From positions 1-64,000 of the forward strand of contig JALMLS010000124.1 in assembly GCA_038496445.1 (NCBI GenBank): a DNA stretch of 64,000 bases, written 5' to 3'. Below the pieces are notes generated by a model. It was not told the origin of the DNA, searched no databases, and saw only the letters and a program-made list of their open reading frames with translations. Numbering within the stretch: the first letter of the stretch is position 1; each line of letters opens with the position of its first letter. Both the position numbers and the translations under genes were made by a program. This document shows positions 62,574 to 64,000 of the stretch, piece after piece. Origin of the DNA: Trichosphaerium sp. ATCC 40318. Its lineage: Eukaryota; Protista; Tubulinea.

Positions 62574-64000
62574 TTACGATGCTTCATCCAAGCTCATTCT
62601 TTCACCATGTTTATTCCACTTTTTGTATTCTGCTACTTTTTTGCCTTTGATGTAGGCACATTGTATCATTAATCGCCCACTCCAATACCACTCATTATAT
62701 TCTCCTTCAAACTCACCATTGATGTAGTTACAATGGCATCGTAATTGTCCATTCAAATGCCACTTTTTATATTCTCCTTCAAACTCACCATTGATGTAGG
62801 TACATTGGACCTTTAACTTGGAATAATAAGACTTGTACCGTCGCCCTTTTTGAAACCACTTCTTGTATTCTCCATGTTCTTTACCATTGATGTAGGCACA
62901 TTGGATCCTCAATTGCCCACTTTCATACCACTCGCTATATCCTCCTTCAAACTCACCATTGATGTAGGCACATTGGATCTTTGATTGTCCACTTTCATAC
63001 CACTCGTTATATTCTCCTTCTTTTTTACCTTTGACATAGTGACAATGGATCTTTGATTTGCCATTTTTGTACCACTCGTTATATTCTCCTTCAAAGTCAC
63101 CATTGATGTAGGTACATTGGATCGCTAATTGTCCATTTTTGTACCACTCGCTATATTCTCCTTCAAACTCACCATTGATGTAGTTACAATGGCATCGTAA
63201 TTGTCCATTCAAATGCCACTTTTTATATTCTCCTTCAAACTTACCATTGATGTAGGCACATTGGATCATTGATTGTCCACTTTCATACCACTTTTTATAT
63301 TCTCCTTCAAACTCACCATTGATGTAGTTACATTGGATCATTGATTGTCCACTTTCATACCACTTCTTAGATTCTCCTTCTTTTTTACCATTGATGTAAT
63401 TATACTTGTGCCGCAGCCTTCCATTTTCATACCACTTCTTATCTTCTCCTTCAAACTCACCATTGATGTAGTTACATTGGAACTGTAATTGGCCATTTTG
63501 AAACCACTTTTTATATTCTCCGTCTAGTGTACCATTGATGTAATTATACTTGTGCCGCAGCCTTCTATTTTCATACCACTTCTTATCTTCTCCTTCAAAC
63601 TCACCATTGATGTAATGACACTGGATCTCTAATTGGCCATTTTCAAACCACTCCTTAGATTCTCCTTCTTGCTTGTCATTGATATAGTCCCAATGTCTAG
63701 CCAGTTTTCCGTTTTTATGCCATTCCTTATATTCTCCTTCCTTTTTACCCTTGACATAAGTACCTTGGTACAGCAATTCCCCAGTTCTGTACCACCCCTT
63801 GTATTCCCCTTGTTCCTCACCATTAACATAAGTACACTGACTCTTCAATTCACTAATTCCCTTGGTTTTTTTCTCTTGCTTATATTCTTCTTTCAAAAAG
63901 ATGTAATACCAATCCTTAGATTCACCTTCTTTTTTACCGTTTATGTACATACACTGATTCTGCAATTGTCCATTATTATACCACTCCTTATATTCGCCTT
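62574..64000 (-). CDS. MORN-variant repeat protein, 5' end beyond window
   Basis: ~18 24-aa repeats EGEYKKWY.NGQL..QC.YING; the frame is open to the window edge. Confidence 0.9.
   Translation of the reverse strand, partial: GEYKEWYNNGQLQNQCMYINGKKEGESKDWYYIFLKEEYKQEKKTKGISELKSQCTYVNGEEQGEYKGWYRTGELLYQGTYVKGKKEGEYKEWHKNGKLARHWDYINDKQEGESKEWFENGQLEIQCHYINGEFEGEDKKWYENRRLRHKYNYINGTLDGEYKKWFQNGQLQFQCNYINGEFEGEDKKWYENGRLRHKYNYINGKKEGESKKWYESGQSMIQCNYINGEFEGEYKKWYESGQSMIQCAYINGKFEGEYKKWHLNGQLRCHCNYINGEFEGEYSEWYKNGQLAIQCTYINGDFEGEYNEWYKNGKSKIHCHYVKGKKEGEYNEWYESGQSKIQCAYINGEFEGGYSEWYESGQLRIQCAYINGKEHGEYKKWFQKGRRYKSYYSKLKVQCTYINGEFEGEYKKWHLNGQLRCHCNYINGEFEGEYNEWYWSGRLMIQCAYIKGKKVAEYKKWNKHGERMSLDEAS

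Noticed and set aside
62574-64000. Regular 72-bp repeats as a CRISPR array
   Set aside because: In-frame coding repeats with no unique spacers and no cas genes; eukaryotic context.
40319-64000. Integrated giant-virus genome segment
   Set aside because: No viral core genes; the virus-like genes are interleaved with intron-rich host genes and two here have spliceosomal introns.

Overview
This is eukaryotic nuclear DNA: AT-rich and gene-dense, with many short GT-AG introns (donors often GTACGT) and several GC-AG introns. The gene mix suggests an amoeba-like protist (inference). Most genes had to be rebuilt by splicing by hand, so exon boundaries and some start sites are approximate. Core genes: endonuclease V, tomosyn/Lgl, PGM2, an AidB-like acyl-CoA dehydrogenase, an alpha/beta hydrolase, a RasGEF, a cAR-like GPCR and MsrA. 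Interspersed among them are intron-poor accessory genes: F-box+LRR and F-box+MORN-variant proteins and their pseudogenes, a Crinkler-like REase+kinase effector, a secreted single-domain catalase-peroxidase and a ParB-like protein. Top observations: (1) a ~117-nt putative Pol III RNA at 55227-55350 containing a circularly permuted tRNA module (T arm, then a looped acceptor stem, then the D arm) inside a terminal stem, i.e. either a YrlA/Y-RNA-like tRNA mimic or a permuted tRNA; (2) a selenocysteine MsrA (G-UGA-F-W after splicing) with a type II SECIS in its 3' UTR; (3) a repeat-shuffling F-box arsenal flanked by MITE and inverted-repeat elements.
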